A stretch of DNA of 64,000 bases from positions 159,650,001 through 159,714,000 of the forward strand of contig OZ024741.1 of the NCBI GenBank assembly GCA_964016885.1. Reading direction: 5' to 3'. This DNA comes from Eledone cirrhosa. Taxonomy: Eukaryota. The position numbers were made by a program, and so were the translations under genes. Under the pieces are notes generated by a model. That model saw nothing but the letters and a program-made list of their open reading frames with translations, was not told the origin of the DNA and made no database searches. Below, piece after piece: positions 41,712 to 55,274 of this stretch; position 1 is the first letter of the stretch; the number at the start of each line of letters is the position of its first letter.

Positions 41712-43309
41712 CAATATATAAACAGTTTTATAAATAATTTTGACGTACCCTATTAGATGCGACCATTATTTTTGGAAGCTGTCTGGATAGTGAGATGTTT
41801 ATAATTATTTTATTAGTTATAGTGTTAAGCACAGTTAGAAAAAAGACGGAGAGAAAGAAAAAACGGAGAGAGAGAAGGAGAGAGAAAAAGAAGGAGAGAG
41901 AGAAAAGGAATGTATGCAGAAAAGAAAGATATATATAAATAGATAGGAGGAAATGAAAAAGAAAGAAAAAAGAAAGAAATAAGAAAGACAAAAGAAAGCA
42001 ACAGAGAGATAATAATTCATCATACAGATAGAGAAACTTAAGAGAGAGGAAGTACTATATAGAGAGAGGAGGATATAGTGACAACTTTACGTCATGTCAT
42101 ATTAAGTTGAATTAACAATTCATATGAAATGAATAATAAAAATGTAAATATCAATATTCATGAATGAGACATAGATATATAATATGAGAAAATAACATTG
42201 TTCAATAATGTTTAGTTTAAAACCTTGAGGTCAATATACCAAAATCTGAGTTAAAACCTTCAAAAAATACCCTATTTATAAAAATACAGATACACATATG
42301 TACGTCCTGAAAAAAGAGAAAATTATGTCTACTCCAGTCAATAATATAGACATACAAATGATTTCACTTGATCACTTCTATACATTTCTTGTGTTATAAA
42401 AATTTCACAGTATATATACATAAAAATACGATTAATATTCATGTCCTCATATATATGATTACCGTTCATGTATTTAATATTATGCATATCTGCAACACAC
42501 ATCAACATATACACACACAATCATACATACACATACATATGTATAAATAAATATCTGCGTGAGTTTTCCAGCATCGTTATGCATATATACAGACATATAT
42601 ACGAACACATAAATAAACTCTATAAACCTTATATATAAACCTATATATATATATATATACATACATGTATATATATACATACATATATACACACACACAC
42701 ACACTCACATATATATATATACACATTCATTCAGATACACGTCTGTGTGTCTGTATGTCTGTGTCTCTGTATGTGTGTGTGCGTGTGTGTTTGCGTGCGT
42801 GTGCAAACAATTTAGAAATTAGAGAATATTTTTGCGAATATTTCAACTTAACTCCAGTTATATTGTTGAATACAGTGTGGCATGCTATTGTATAGTGTTG
42901 TTTAACCCCAGCTCAGCCCCAATCAAGTAGATCCTAAGATCAAAGATACTCCAGCCATAACCACCCTGCCTTATGTTTCAAATTCTTTAATTTCCAGTCA
43001 TGTACTAATATCGATTTAATATTCTTTCTATAAAACATTCTTTCCTATAAAACATCCTAGATATAAAACATCCTTAATTCGGGATGTTTGTTTACAAACA
43101 CACCGAGCATTATAATAAATGTTCGGTGAATCCCTACGTACATATATATATATGTGTGCATGTATGTATATATATATACATACTACTGTGCGTCTGTATA
43201 GATATATGTATGTACGTAGACATACTTATATTTAAGTAACAGCCGTACTGGGAGTGGGAAATGAAATTTCGTTTCATTTTTTCCGTTTATCCTAGATGTG
43301 AATAGATTA

Positions 43310-43448
43310 CAATTTTTAATTTAGGCACAAGGCACAAGTTTGGGGATATCAAAGTCGATTAAATCGATCTCAGTACATTACTGGTACTTTATTTTATCGA
43401 CCCCGTAAGGATAAAAGGCAAAGCTAACTTCGGCGGGATTTGAACTCA
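43310..43448 (-). mobile_element. Truncated tRNA-derived SINE
   Basis: CTGGTACTTTATTTTATCGACCCCGTAAGGAT...GGGATTTGAACTC matches the family. Confidence 0.75.
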
Positions 43449-43560
43449 ATATGAACGAATTATAATGAAAAAGTGTAAGATGCAATATGTGGGTGATTTG
43501 GCTGCTACTTTCGGCAGCTTTGTGCCAATGCTAGAAAGATTTATTATTGTAGCTGTTATA

Positions 43561-43773
43561 GATTGGCAATATCGGTAGAGGGTGGGGCGCCATGCTTTGC
43601 AACATAGAGTTACGGTCCTTTATGTTCTGAGTTCAAATCCCGCCGAGGTTAACTTTGCCTTTCATCCATACTGGGTCGATAAAATAAAGTACCAGTCACG
43701 CACTGGGGTCGATTTTAATCGACTTTCCTCATCCCCCAAATTGCTGACCTTGTGCCTAAATCAGAAACCATTA
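43561..43773 (+). mobile_element. tRNA-derived SINE
   Basis: A and B boxes and central domain as at 27651. Confidence 0.82.
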
Positions 43774-44383
43774 TTGCTGCTGTTATATTTTTGTTGTTAT
43801 TGCTGTTTTTTTTTATCGTTGTACAGCTGGTTTCCATTTGACACGGTTTCGCATACCAACTGGGTCAAATTAGTAAGGACCAATGTACTAATATTACCAC
43901 TGAGAAATCGATTGATTTGCAATGGCCTTCACCTTCTGACCCTCAGGGGACGGAATGAAGACGGGCACTGCACAACATTGCAATACTCGCTCCCCATGGT
44001 ACAGAACTGCAATTGATGTTCCTGTTGTTTGTATTGAGTTGCTCTCCACCACCATCACTACCACCACCACCATCACTACCACCACCACCACCACCACAAT
44101 CACAATCACAACAATCACTACCACCACCACCACCACCACCACCACCACCACTACCACCACCACAACAATCACTACCATTACTACATCCACTCCCGTCAAG
44201 CAGCCCCACACACAAAACACATCACTCCTACCCCCAGTATCTCAGTCAATGTCTGTCTGTGTGTCTACACCTTTAACCAATGACTTTTATTAGTACAAGT
44301 GACAGTTACTAATCACCGCAGAACAAACATTTAGACTGTCCAGGTTAAAGATGGTAGATTCTGTGACTATTTAGTAGTTTCAC

Positions 44384-44955
44384 TGGTGGTGGTGGTAGTG
44401 GTGGTGGTGTCGGTGGTGGTGGTTGTGGTGATGGTCGTGGTTGTAGTGGTGGTGGTGTCGGTGGTGGTGGTTGTGGTGATGGTTGTGGTTGTAGTAGTGG
44501 TGGTGTCGGTGGTGGTGTTTGTGGTGATGGTCGTGGTTGTAGTGGTGGTGGTGTCGGTGGTGGTGGTTGTGGTGACTGTAGGGGTGGCGGTAGTAGTGGT
44601 GTCGGTGGTGGTGGTTGTGGTGATGGTCGTGGTTGTAGTAGTGGTGGTGTCGGTGGTGGTGGTTGTGGTGATGGTCGTGGTTGTAGTGGTGGTGGTGTCG
44701 GTGGTGGTGTTTGTAGTGACTGTAGTGGTGTCGGTGGTGGTGGTTGTGGTGATGGTTGTGGTTGTAGTGGTGGTGTTTGTGGCGTCTGTAGTGGTGTCGG
44801 TGGTGGTGGTTGTGGTGATGGTCGTGGTTGTAGTGGTGGTGGTGGTGTCGGTGGTGTTTGTGGTGACTGTAGGGGTGTTGGTGGTGGTGGTTGTGGTGAT
44901 GGTCGTGGTTATAGTGGTGGTGGTGACGGTGGTAGTAGTGGTAGTGGTGTTGATG
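44384..44955. repeat. GTG-based minisatellite with ~48 bp unit, flanked by CAC-polarity tracts
   Basis: Unit GTGGTGGTGTCGGTGGTGGTGGTTGTGGTGATGGTCGTGGTTGTAGTG repeated with variants. Confidence 0.88.
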
Positions 44956-45057
44956 GTAGAACCACTTCTACCCCACGGCACCACTACAAGCACTATCAAC
45001 ACCAACAACAAAACTACCACTATCTGCACCACCACCACCACCACACATATATATATA

Positions 45058-45908
45058 CTAGCAGCAGTACCCAGCGTTGCCTGGGTAGGTAAAATAATAT
45101 CTGCTTTGATGAAAAGGTGTTGATCTTAGCAACTGCGAGTTTCTTGAAAATCGGTCGTAAGGTGTAGCAAATGGCGAAATGTTGAGTGAAATCGTATGGA
45201 ATATGTGGGAGGTGGAAAAAAATCGTATTTTGAAGAGTTAAACGGCTGCCAAGCCGTCCCTGAATAAAAAATGTAAAGTGTAAAGCTACTATAAGATGTG
45301 CAATGATAGGTTCTATCGTAGTATAAAAGTTGAACCAAATAAATTGATGTATGTGTGAGGTGGAGCCGAAGTTTCGAATTTGAACGAAATCGGTTGAAAA
45401 ATGTGGGAGCTAGAGCCGAAAAGGCGGATATTTGAGCGAAAAGGTGGTATTTCGAATAAAAAATCTAAAATGTAAAGCCACTTTAAGACGTGAAATAATC
45501 ATATCTAGCGTAGTGTAATTTGAACAAAGTAGGTTGATTAATGTGGGAGCTAGAGCCGAAAAAGTGGAAATTTGAGTTAAAAAGTGGTAATTTTGAATAT
45601 TTAAGCGGCTGCTACGCCGTCCCTGAACAACAAATGCAAAATATAAATTCTATTTTTCTTTAAAATTTGAACGAAATCAGTGGCAAAATGTGGGAGCTAG
45701 AGCCAAAAATCTTATTTTTCGATACCTAAAAAAAGGTGACCCCCTATAGATTTTTATCTGCAGAATGACCCCGCAATAAAAAAAACGATACGCTGATATA
45801 TAGAAAACACTCCCCGATGACTAATCTATGAGCCTGTAAAGTTTCATGAAAATCGGTCGTAAGATGTAGGCCCCTATAGGTAATACACAGACACACATAC
45901 ACACACAC

Positions 45909-45925
<17 letters not shown>
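45058..45925 (-). mobile_element. Non-autonomous Helitron-like element
   Basis: Minus-strand 3' end has the hairpin TACCCAGgcaacgCTGGGTA (45068-45087) just before CTAG|T. The 5' end TATATATAAAATTAAGTGTG merges into (TA)n. Internal subrepeat ATGTGGGAGCTAGAGCC occurs three times. Confidence 0.72.
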
Positions 45926-45983
<58 letters not shown>

Positions 45984-46340
45984 TATAAAATGAATAAAAA
46001 TAACCTGTATTAAATTACATTAAATTATTTAATTGATTTACGAACGTTTTTATCAATACAGTAAGAAAAGCACATATAAACACGCATATCTGATGAGATG
46101 TCCAAACAGAGTCGGGGCCCGTCATCTTGATTGTACCCTGAGCTGATCGATATCGAAAAAATTGTAATATACCAATAAAGTTTGTACACATGCTGCAACA
46201 CTGTCTTCAATTCTTATAAATCTATTTATGCCCTGGGAACTACAGCCGTCTTAACTCTGGAATACAACCCAAACGAGACGGACCTCATAACAGCATTGAA
46301 TGCTTCGAATGGTGCGCCAAGAGAAACTGTTGTTACACAC

Positions 46341-46395
<55 letters not shown>

Positions 46396-46398
46396 CAC

Positions 46399-46449
<51 letters not shown>

Positions 46450-47049
46450 ATATATATATATAAGAATAACATAAAATTAAAAAAAATACTGATGTTACAC
46501 AAATCGTTTATTCATTATAATCATTTCAACGGTTCCCTTATGCAATCCATAACGTATGCATTTGTTTTTGTTATGGGAATGTTTAACAGACACCCTTCGT
46601 CACACATTGTTCAATTTAAATGCATATTTAAGTTGTCAACGGTACATATCGGTTACATATACGTTTTCGTCTTGAAAAAACAAACAAACTCCAGTGCAGT
46701 TTTTAACTGTCTTGTTAGACTCCGTAGCTGCGAATGGACAAATAGTTCCATCGCTAGGACAAAACTGTGTGCGTCTATTTCAACAGCCAGTTCTACAATA
46801 TTATAGGTGACGCACAAGACCCCTACCCCCGTTGAACATATAATTCTATACGTATTTGTCTCTGATAGGTTAATTGAGGTATGTTTTTTTCGTTTTCGCA
46901 TTGAAAAAGAATCAGGACAGTGTTTAACCGCCCTGTTAAACACTGTGACCCTGAATGGATTAGTAAAAAGGTCGTTAAGTGTTGAGTCAGTGGGTATTTC
47001 CATTTCAACGGCCGTTGACCATGGAGTTTGTAAGATGTTGGAAATTTTG

Positions 47050-47093
<44 letters not shown>

Positions 47094-47098
<5 letters not shown>

Positions 47099-47303
47099 AA
47101 CCAGTAAGACCCCGACAGCTGAGCTCAAGCCGTTTCGACGGCTAATTCTGGACTGAGAATTCTGGAGTCCAGAATTAGCCGTCGAAACGGCTTGAGCTCA
47201 GCTGTCGGGGTCTTACTGGTTCCTATTATCCACTCTACTACCTCAAGTATTGAGTACTTTGGTGCGTTATGGTCCACCTGGTTCCTTACCACATTTCCTT
47301 CGT

Positions 47304-47304
<1 letters not shown>
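47094..47304 (+). mobile_element. Mini fold-back copy of family A (61 bp arms, 47094-47154 and 47166-47226)
   Basis: Perfect inverted repeat plus the family tail; flanked by (TA)n. Confidence 0.8.
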
Positions 47305-47348
<44 letters not shown>

Positions 47349-47443
47349 ATGTGTGTAAATGTGTATGTGTGTGTGTGATGCGCGCGTGTGTGTATGTATC
47401 TATACATATATATATATATGTATATATATATATGTATATATGT

Positions 47444-47493
<50 letters not shown>

Positions 47494-47497
<4 letters not shown>

Positions 47498-47726
47498 ATA
47501 ATAATAAATTTGAAGACTAAAATCCAAAGAGGGCTCAATAAGGATAAATATATATCAAATATATAAGAACCGTAGACCAAATATATTTAAAATAACAGAT
47601 TAAAGTTTAAGCAAAGAATCGCTGCTTTCACCCTTAACGGGATCTTCTGAAACTTTTGAGTTTCAGAAGATCCCGTTAAGGGTGAAAGCAGCGATTCTTT
47701 GCTTAAACTTTAATCTGTTATTTTAA
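47494..47726 (-). mobile_element. Mini fold-back element, family B (68 bp arms, 47587-47654 and 47659-47726), each arm containing a hammerhead fold
   Basis: Perfect inverted repeat with a 4 nt spacer TTTG; second copy at 58134-58509. Confidence 0.8.
47659..47709 (+). ncRNA. Type I hammerhead fold with U4A core variant (family B); mirror copy at 47604-47654 on the minus strand
   Basis: AGTTT-CAGAAGA-tCCC-gttaa-GGGt-GAA-AGCA-gcgattctt-TGCT-T-AAACT. Confidence 0.62.
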
Positions 47727-47777
47727 TATATATACATATAATATATAAGATCAAAAGATGGTTAAAAGAGTTCCATG

Positions 47778-47848
47778 TATTTTATTATGCGCATTTCAAA
47801 AACAAATATCATCATGCGATGACATTTGCGTTTTCGTCAGATAAAATA
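47778..47848 (-). ncRNA. Minimal type I hammerhead ribozyme
   Basis: Minus strand reads TATTTTAT-CTGACGA-AAAcGCAAATGTCATC-gcat-GATGATATTTGTtTTT-GAA-ATGCGCAT-A-ATAAAATA: 8 bp stem I, long stem II, palindromic stem III. Confidence 0.85.
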
Positions 47849-49080
47849 GGGAGACATGATATGAAGGTTAAAAAACATTTGTGAATAGTGCAGTTTTAAA
47901 TCAACATATGAAAAGTAGTTTTAGATTGATGTGTGATATTGGGAGAAAATGAGGGGTGGTGGAAAGGATGAAAAAGAGGAGGAGATGAGAGTAAAGAATG
48001 GAGGGGGAGGAGTATAATAAGGAAGGATGAGATAGGAGAAGAGATGGGTGATAGAGAGAGAGAGATAGCTTTTATAATTGAGAAAAATATATTGTTTTAC
48101 AGAGAGAGGTTAAAAAACCGTTGGAAGATAATATATAAATTAAAAGAATTTGAAAATTAACGAAGAGAAAAATTTTAGAATAATGTTAAATTAAGGTTTG
48201 TATATTGAAGGGTTTAATAATATGTGCGATGAAAAGAAATTGTTAATATGTATTAAGAATAATATTAAGTTAAGGTTTGAATATTGAAGGGTTTAATAAT
48301 ATGAGCGATGGAAAGAAATTGTTGATATGTATTATTAAAAATAAAAATAGTAATGTAATTAAGGATATATTGTGAAAAGAAGTAGAAGAGTGGATGAATT
48401 ATGAATTTAGAGGAGTTAGTTAGTGTTTAAGTATGTTTTTATGTAAAGTAATATGTACGTGTAATATATGTAAATAGTTTGTTTATAAATGAGCGCAGAA
48501 AGCAAAGAAGGAGATAGTGTTTAAGGAGAAGACCTTAACATCAAAATATGTATGTTTATGAAGTATTTCCTAATGGTAATAATATAATGTAATAAAGGAG
48601 ATTAGTTAGGGTTTAAGTTTGTTTTTATGTGTTGTGATGTGTAAGTTAGGCGAGCATGAAAGGGAGAAAAAAATAATGAATTGAGGATGAATAATCTAAC
48701 GTAAAAAAAAATGTTTATGTTTGCGAAGGATTTTTCAAGGTGATACTATAAAGTATTTAAAAGGGTAATAGTAAGTTTTATGGCCAGTGATAGGATGGAA
48801 GAAGGAAGAGTGGATATATTGTGGTGAGTAATAATGAGAATTGAGAAGTATCTAGGAAGAAAAGGTACAGATTAGAGGTTAGAAATTAAAAAAAAAAAGG
48901 AAAAAGGAAGAAAGGGAGTGATAAATAGGAATGATATAGAATGGGTAACTAGTATTATATAATGTATAATAAATAACATTGAAATAAGGTAGAAAGATGG
49001 GTATATTTTTAAAGAAATATATATATATATATATATGTGCCTTTGAGAAAAAGGATTTTAAATTAGTAACGTATTAGATA

Positions 49081-49520
49081 TTAGCTGTATACTTTATGGA
49101 ATGTTCTGTGGAATTTATGCAAGCAGAGAGAAAACAAGTCAGTGCGTCTATTTATTATAGAATCTAAATTAGATATAATGGTAAATTTCTCACATAAACA
49201 GAGATTACATGTTTTGGATAGAGAGGCATTCAAGTTTGAAGAAGCAGAACAAACCTTCCTCCAAGAGATGTTATAGTTAATATTTTTGTCTTTCAAGGAC
49301 CATATGTGTTCTGAGAGTGCCGTGTTGGTTCTTTTAAGTTGGTATTTAAAAGACGAATGATGATTATAAAGACGAGCTTTAAAGGAGGTGGAAGTGGAGC
49401 CAAAATAGGTAAAGGAATTGGTGTCAGTTATAACTTTACATTCATAGATTAAGTTTTTTCAAGACAATGGTTGTTGAGAGGACATTTATTTTTATCAAGG
49501 CAATTACAATTGCGATTAGA
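49081..49520 (-). pseudogene. PLE GIY-YIG endonuclease relic (frameshift near 49455)
   Basis: CNCLDKNKCPLNNHCL, then LIYECKV...YFGSTSTSFKARLYNH...ALSEHIWSLK...CNLCLCEK...INRRTDLFSLCLHK. Confidence 0.85.
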
Positions 49521-49906
49521 GAAATTAACAGAGTTATTAACAAGTGACTTAGTGTTATCTATAGGAGGAATTGGATTGGAGAAGTTATTTACGATAGGAA
49601 TAATAGTTTCTTGATTCAGATTGGGATTAAGAACATTTAACGAAATTGCGTTTGACGTATATATATATATATAAAATAAACAAAGAAATTCTAACCTTAT
49701 ACCGGGAAAATTTCAATTCTGCTGCGCCAAGAGTAAATAAATAAATACAATATCGGAGAAAGCTTTATATTATATGAAAAAATAAACAAATAAATAAATA
49801 TCGCTATAAAGCTTTCTCCGATATTATTCGCCCCACTCTCCAGAGCGTGAAATTAATAAACATTCGTTGTACTGCCTCTCTGTTTTGTCCCTGTTCAAAT
49901 TTTTCC

Positions 49907-49962
<56 letters not shown>

Positions 49963-49969
49963 CACACAC

Positions 49970-50100
<131 letters not shown>

Positions 50101-50152
50101 CATATATATCAATGATATTAATAAATGGAAACTATATTTATAAAACCATATT

Positions 50153-50213
50153 TATTCTATTATATATATTTCAAGGGTACCAAAACTTTGGTACGCTCTC
50201 ATCAGATAAAATA
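50153..50213 (-). ncRNA. Minimal type I hammerhead ribozyme
   Basis: Minus strand reads TATTTTAT-CTGATGA-GAGcGTACCAAA-gt-TTTGGTACcCTT-GAA-ATATATAT-A-ATAGAATA. Confidence 0.8.
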
Positions 50214-50271
50214 CAAAGTTTGTTTTATAAATATTGACATATCCAGGAAGGAGATCTTAACGGTTCAAGTT

Positions 50272-50469
50272 TTTCCTGGATATATGCATCTATATATGTA
50301 TATACTTTCCTGGATATATGCATCTATATATGTATATACTTTCCTGGATATATGCATCTATATATGTATATACTTTCCTGGATATATGCATCTATATATG
50401 TATATACTTTCCTGGATATATGCATCTATATATGTATATACTTTCCTGGATATATGCATCTATATATGT
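50272..50469. repeat. 34 bp tandem repeat, ~5.8 identical copies
   Basis: Unit TTTCCTGGATATATGCATCTATATATGTATATAC. Confidence 0.92.
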
Positions 50470-50831
50470 CTATATATGTATATGTATATGTATGTAATAC
50501 CAATATTGTTGTTAGAACTTGTTGTACAGATATGCATATTGCAACGAAACAAGGTGAAGTAGCTTTTATTTTTGTAGAAGAATGGTATCATTAGATTTGG
50601 TTAAGTATTCTAAAGAACTACAGAGTTAGATATAGAAGTTGAACAATGAAAGCTAAACAGACGGAAACAGCGAGATGGATGTATTATATCATTGCTAATA
50701 ACATGGAGTTACATAATTGCAGTCGATTAGTCAATATATCGAATTTATCATGGTTCATGCGACCCTTAGAAACGATCGTAAAATAATGAACTAATTAAAC
50801 ACTAAACCTCGTCTTTATTTTTTCATTATTC

Positions 50832-50910
<79 letters not shown>

Positions 50911-51151
50911 GTGTCTGTGTGTGTGTGTTGAATAATGAAAAAATAAAGACGAGGTTTAGTGCTTAATTAGTTCATTTCTGTGTTTGAGTGCGTGTATGTA
51001 TAAGTAGATAGATATAAATATACTGATATATATTTATATATATATATATTTATTGTATAGAAGGAGCTTCTATACAATAAATATATTTTACTCTGCCATG
51101 TATTGAGTACCTTACTTACTGTGGTTATCCCCGACTCAACCCGGGACCTAC

Positions 51152-51210
<59 letters not shown>

Positions 51211-51261
51211 CATGCATAGATATATGTATTTATATATTTATACAGAGATAGATAGATAGAG

Positions 51262-51293
<32 letters not shown>

Positions 51294-51600
51294 GGGAGAG
51301 AGAGAGAGAGAGAGGGAGAGAGGGAGAGAGAGAGAGAGAGACGTATGACCACACACTGTTTGGTGGTCATTATTCAGTCTTTAAACAAGTCGTTCAGTTT
51401 CAATGTTTACCGTTTCAATTTCTGAGCACAGTATTGATAGAAAAACATCCAGAGTGACAGGGAAGAGGGGAGAGAAGGTGGATGAGGAAGAAGGGGAGAT
51501 TTATTGTTCAACAGAGTGAAGTAATTGAAAGATTTGAGAGGAAGGGAAGAAGGAAAAGAAGAAGAGTAAAGAATAGAAAAGGAAGCAATAAAAACAATAA

Positions 51601-51788
51601 AATAATTGTTTCTACTTTTTGCACAAGGCCAGCAATTAACCAGTACATTACTGGTACTTTATTTTATCGACCCCGTAAGGATGAAAGGCAAAGTTAACCT
51701 CGGCGGGATTTGAACTCAGAATGGCAAGGGCCGTAACTCTATGCGTCAAAGCATGGCGTCCGATCCTCTACCGATACTGGCAATCCAA
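51601..51788 (-). mobile_element. tRNA-derived SINE
   Basis: Matches the 26957-27138 copy. Confidence 0.82.
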
Positions 51789-52348
51789 TATATAACAGAA
51801 TACTTCAACAACAACAACAACTAAACCATATATGATAGCAATAAAATCATACAACAATAAAATCATATACAATAGCAAATACAACAACAACTGCCACAAC
51901 TGCAGCAATGATGACAACAAAAGCTATATATACAACCACAGCATAGCCTAGAATAGTTACATGGACAGCAACAATGTCAACATCTAAAATAGCAACAGCA
52001 ATTGTGTCACCATATAGAAGAGGGGAAGACACGCACAGACACATACACACACACACACACACGCACACACACACACACACATACACACACATACACGCAC
52101 ACACAGACACACACATACACACACACACACACACACGCACACACACACACACACACATACACGCACATACAGACACACACATACACGCACACACACACAC
52201 ACGCACACACACACACACACGCACACACACACGCGCACACACACACACACATACAGACACACACATACACACACACACTCACTCACTCACACACACATAT
52301 GGATTGATCAGTAGATAGATGGATAGATAGATAGATAGATAGATAGAT

Positions 52349-52874
52349 ATATTTCTTTATTAGCCACAGGGACAGAAAAGAAGGGGACAAATACAAAGGG
52401 GGAAGTTTACATACAATAAAAACGTGTAAAATGTTATCACAGATGGAATTTAAAAGTTAGTCGATTTTCCCCAATAGAGGGAGACAGTTTATATGGGTAA
52501 CACAGACCCCCGAAAAAAATGTGCAACCCTCATCTCCAGGAGTACGAAGAGCTTGTACTCCTTTCCTCTCCTCCTCCTTTTCCTCAACCTACAGGCTGAT
52601 ATAGAGAGAAGGCCCATTCACTCGGGCCATTCTCGCCACTTTCACCCACCTTTCATAAAACTTGCTGGGGTACAGCACCTCTCTCTCCATCCTGATTCTT
52701 CTTCCAAAGTGGTATTTGAAAAAAAGAATCAGTTGTTGGCCGGAGAGAAAGGTGTCTGACCTCAGCCCTTTCAACCTTGTCCACCATACAACCTCTTTCG
52801 CCATAGCTATCACACAAAGGAAAACCGCCTCTCCTTCGTTTTTGAAGGAGGGTGGCGGTTTGATCATGACAATG

Positions 52875-52875
<1 letters not shown>
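52349..52875 (-). mobile_element. 5'-truncated Tx1-clade LINE (3' end) inserted in (TCTA)n
   Basis: Translates IKPPPSFKNEGEAVFLCVIA...RWVKVARMARVNGPSLYISL, close to the ORF2 C-terminus of the full element; diverged 3' UTR ending AATAAAGAAAT. Confidence 0.92.
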
Positions 52876-52920
<45 letters not shown>

Positions 52921-53043
52921 GATAGAGAGAGAAATAGATAATTATATATATATACATACATATTTATATATATATAGTATATATAGGTAGATAGATTGAT
53001 ATAGATAGATGGATAGATGGATAGATAGATCAATAGGTAGATA

Positions 53044-53104
<61 letters not shown>

Positions 53105-53160
53105 CACATGGATTGCTAGGTAGATAGATGGATAGATAGATAGATAGAGAGAAAAATAGA

Positions 53161-53234
<74 letters not shown>

Positions 53235-53784
53235 ACATAGATAGATTGATAGATAAATAGATAGAGCGAGATAGAGCGAGGGAGAGAAAGTGGGAGAAAG
53301 ACAAACAATGGAGATTTGTAGAAAGTTTCGTCAAAATCTGATAGAATTGGAAAGTTAAACAGTTTGGTGGGCATGTTGGTGAATGTTGATATCTTCGAGA
53401 TGGTGAGGTGGGGGGTGATTGTGTTGTGTTTTGATTGTCAGTGATGGTGATGGCTTGGGTTGTGTTATTGTCAGTGATGGTGATGGCTTGGGTTGTGTTG
53501 GTAGAGGGTGGTCATGATGTCCCTGGTGATAGTGACAGCGATAGTGGTGTTGCTGCTGGTGGTTCTGGTATATTAGTGGTAGCTGGGTGGAGGTGGTGGT
53601 CGTCGTCGTTGTAGTGGTGGTATTTTTGTGATCATTTTGGGACAGTGTTCATGATTAGTATGGTGCCGTCGTCGTCAACTTTGCCGTCCTCTTCAATTTG
53701 CTGGTTTTGTGACTAAATCAAAATTCTCTATATTTTCAATTCGCTACTTTAATTGTGCAGATTGTAGAGCAAACCGTGTTGTGT

Positions 53785-54035
53785 GGAGGCGCAGGATTTT
53801 TTTGCGGTTAGGGAGTTTAGCTCAGGATTTTAAGGTCTTGGGTTTGATTCATGGTGGAGAGTTGTGTCCTTGAGTAAGATACTTTATTCTACGTTGCTTC
53901 AGTTTACTGCTGGTAAAAATGAGTAGTACCTATAATTAGCTTTGTCGCACATTGCATTAAACTGAATCTCCCTGAGAAGTACATTAAGGATACACGTATC
54001 TGTGGAATGTTCAGTCACTTGCACGTTAATTTTAC
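53785..54035 (+). mobile_element. Degenerate SINE of a second, CORE-like family; related minus-strand relics at ~54800-55125 and ~57225-57320
   Basis: tRNA-like head then TTGTGTCCTTGAGTAAGATACTTTATTCTACGTTGCTTCAGTTTACT; similar reverse-complement text at the other two sites. Confidence 0.5.
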
Positions 54036-54107
54036 AAGCAGTCTATTCCGCTGACAGTATTTGCCGGAACACTCATCGTCGGAACCACTAGAAGGCCAAC
54101 ATGCAAA

Positions 54108-54221
<114 letters not shown>

Positions 54222-55274
54222 CCCACACACACCCACACCCACCCACCCCCACACATATATATAGATTGATTGATAGATAGCCTGACTGATAGATAAATTT
54301 ATATATATAAATATATGTATGTATATATATACGTATATAATAGAGAAAAATATACAAGCACGAATATATGTATATATACACATTTATTATCCAAGCGCTC
54401 AAAAATGAAGAGAGCAGCTTACAGGGATAACGTCCTCCTCAATAAGTACTCACCTCCTTATGACATTTCCTGTGACCGCAGAACTACCAAATTAGCGTTC
54501 TGCAGAACATACACTTTGCATACTCGTGTGCTACCCGTAAACCTGCGATTGATACTAATATCGATAACAAACGTTACAAAATAACTGTTTTGAAGCGCTT
54601 AAATACCAAGATACAGTCGAAAATGTCGATAATTTCATCTTCCTGTGGAAGATATTATACGTGAGATCATCAGTTGCCTAAATATGCCATCCAGGTACTA
54701 TCTCTCGACACGGCATAATGTTTTTGCTAAATAATATACGATCTCATTTGTAGGAACGACTGCCCTGAGATAAATGAAAATAAATATTTCTGTTGTTAAA
54801 TAAAGAAGCCCCCTTTGACGATGGGGTTGCACCTAGAAAGTTAATCACCAAACCACAAGCCTGGGCAATGCGTTTTGTGGAAGACAAGCACTTGCCTAAG
54901 CATTCCAGTTGACCCCTCTCCACGCCACCGATTTTGTCCGAAGGTAAGGCAAAGGTCGATATAGCTTGGCACCAGTGATGCCGCAACTCATTTTTTCCAG
55001 CTGATTAAACTGGAGCAACGCAAAATAGTGTCTTGCTTAAAGACACGACACAACGCACCGTCCGGTCCGTAAATCAAATTCACAACCTTACGATTGTGAG
55101 CCTAATACTATAATCACTAAACTTGCTCCCCCTTCTTCTTCTTCTTCTTCTTCTTCTTCTTCTTCTTCTTCTTCTTCTTCTTCTTCTTCTTCTTCTTCTT
55201 CTTCTTCTTCTTCTTCTTCTTCTTCTTCTTCTTCTTCTAGATAGATAGATAGATAGATAGAAAGAGAGAGAGAG

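Larger units (their letters stand above)
47740..49636 (-). mobile_element. 5'-truncated Penelope-like element with frameshifted GIY-YIG, long 3' UTR and terminal hammerhead
   Basis: Coding relic at ~49081-49520 and hammerhead at 47778-47848 on the same strand; TA flanks. Confidence 0.8.

Noticed and set aside
44367-45044. Thr-rich mucin-like ORF
   Set aside because: Minisatellite translation without signal peptide or exon evidence.
46090-46113. CTGATGA-GATGTC-CAAAC-AGAGTC
   Set aside because: G12 is missing and there is no stem I; may be chance.
50272-50469. 34 bp repeat resembling a CRISPR array
   Set aside because: Units are contiguous with no unique spacers, no cas genes are present, and the context is eukaryotic.
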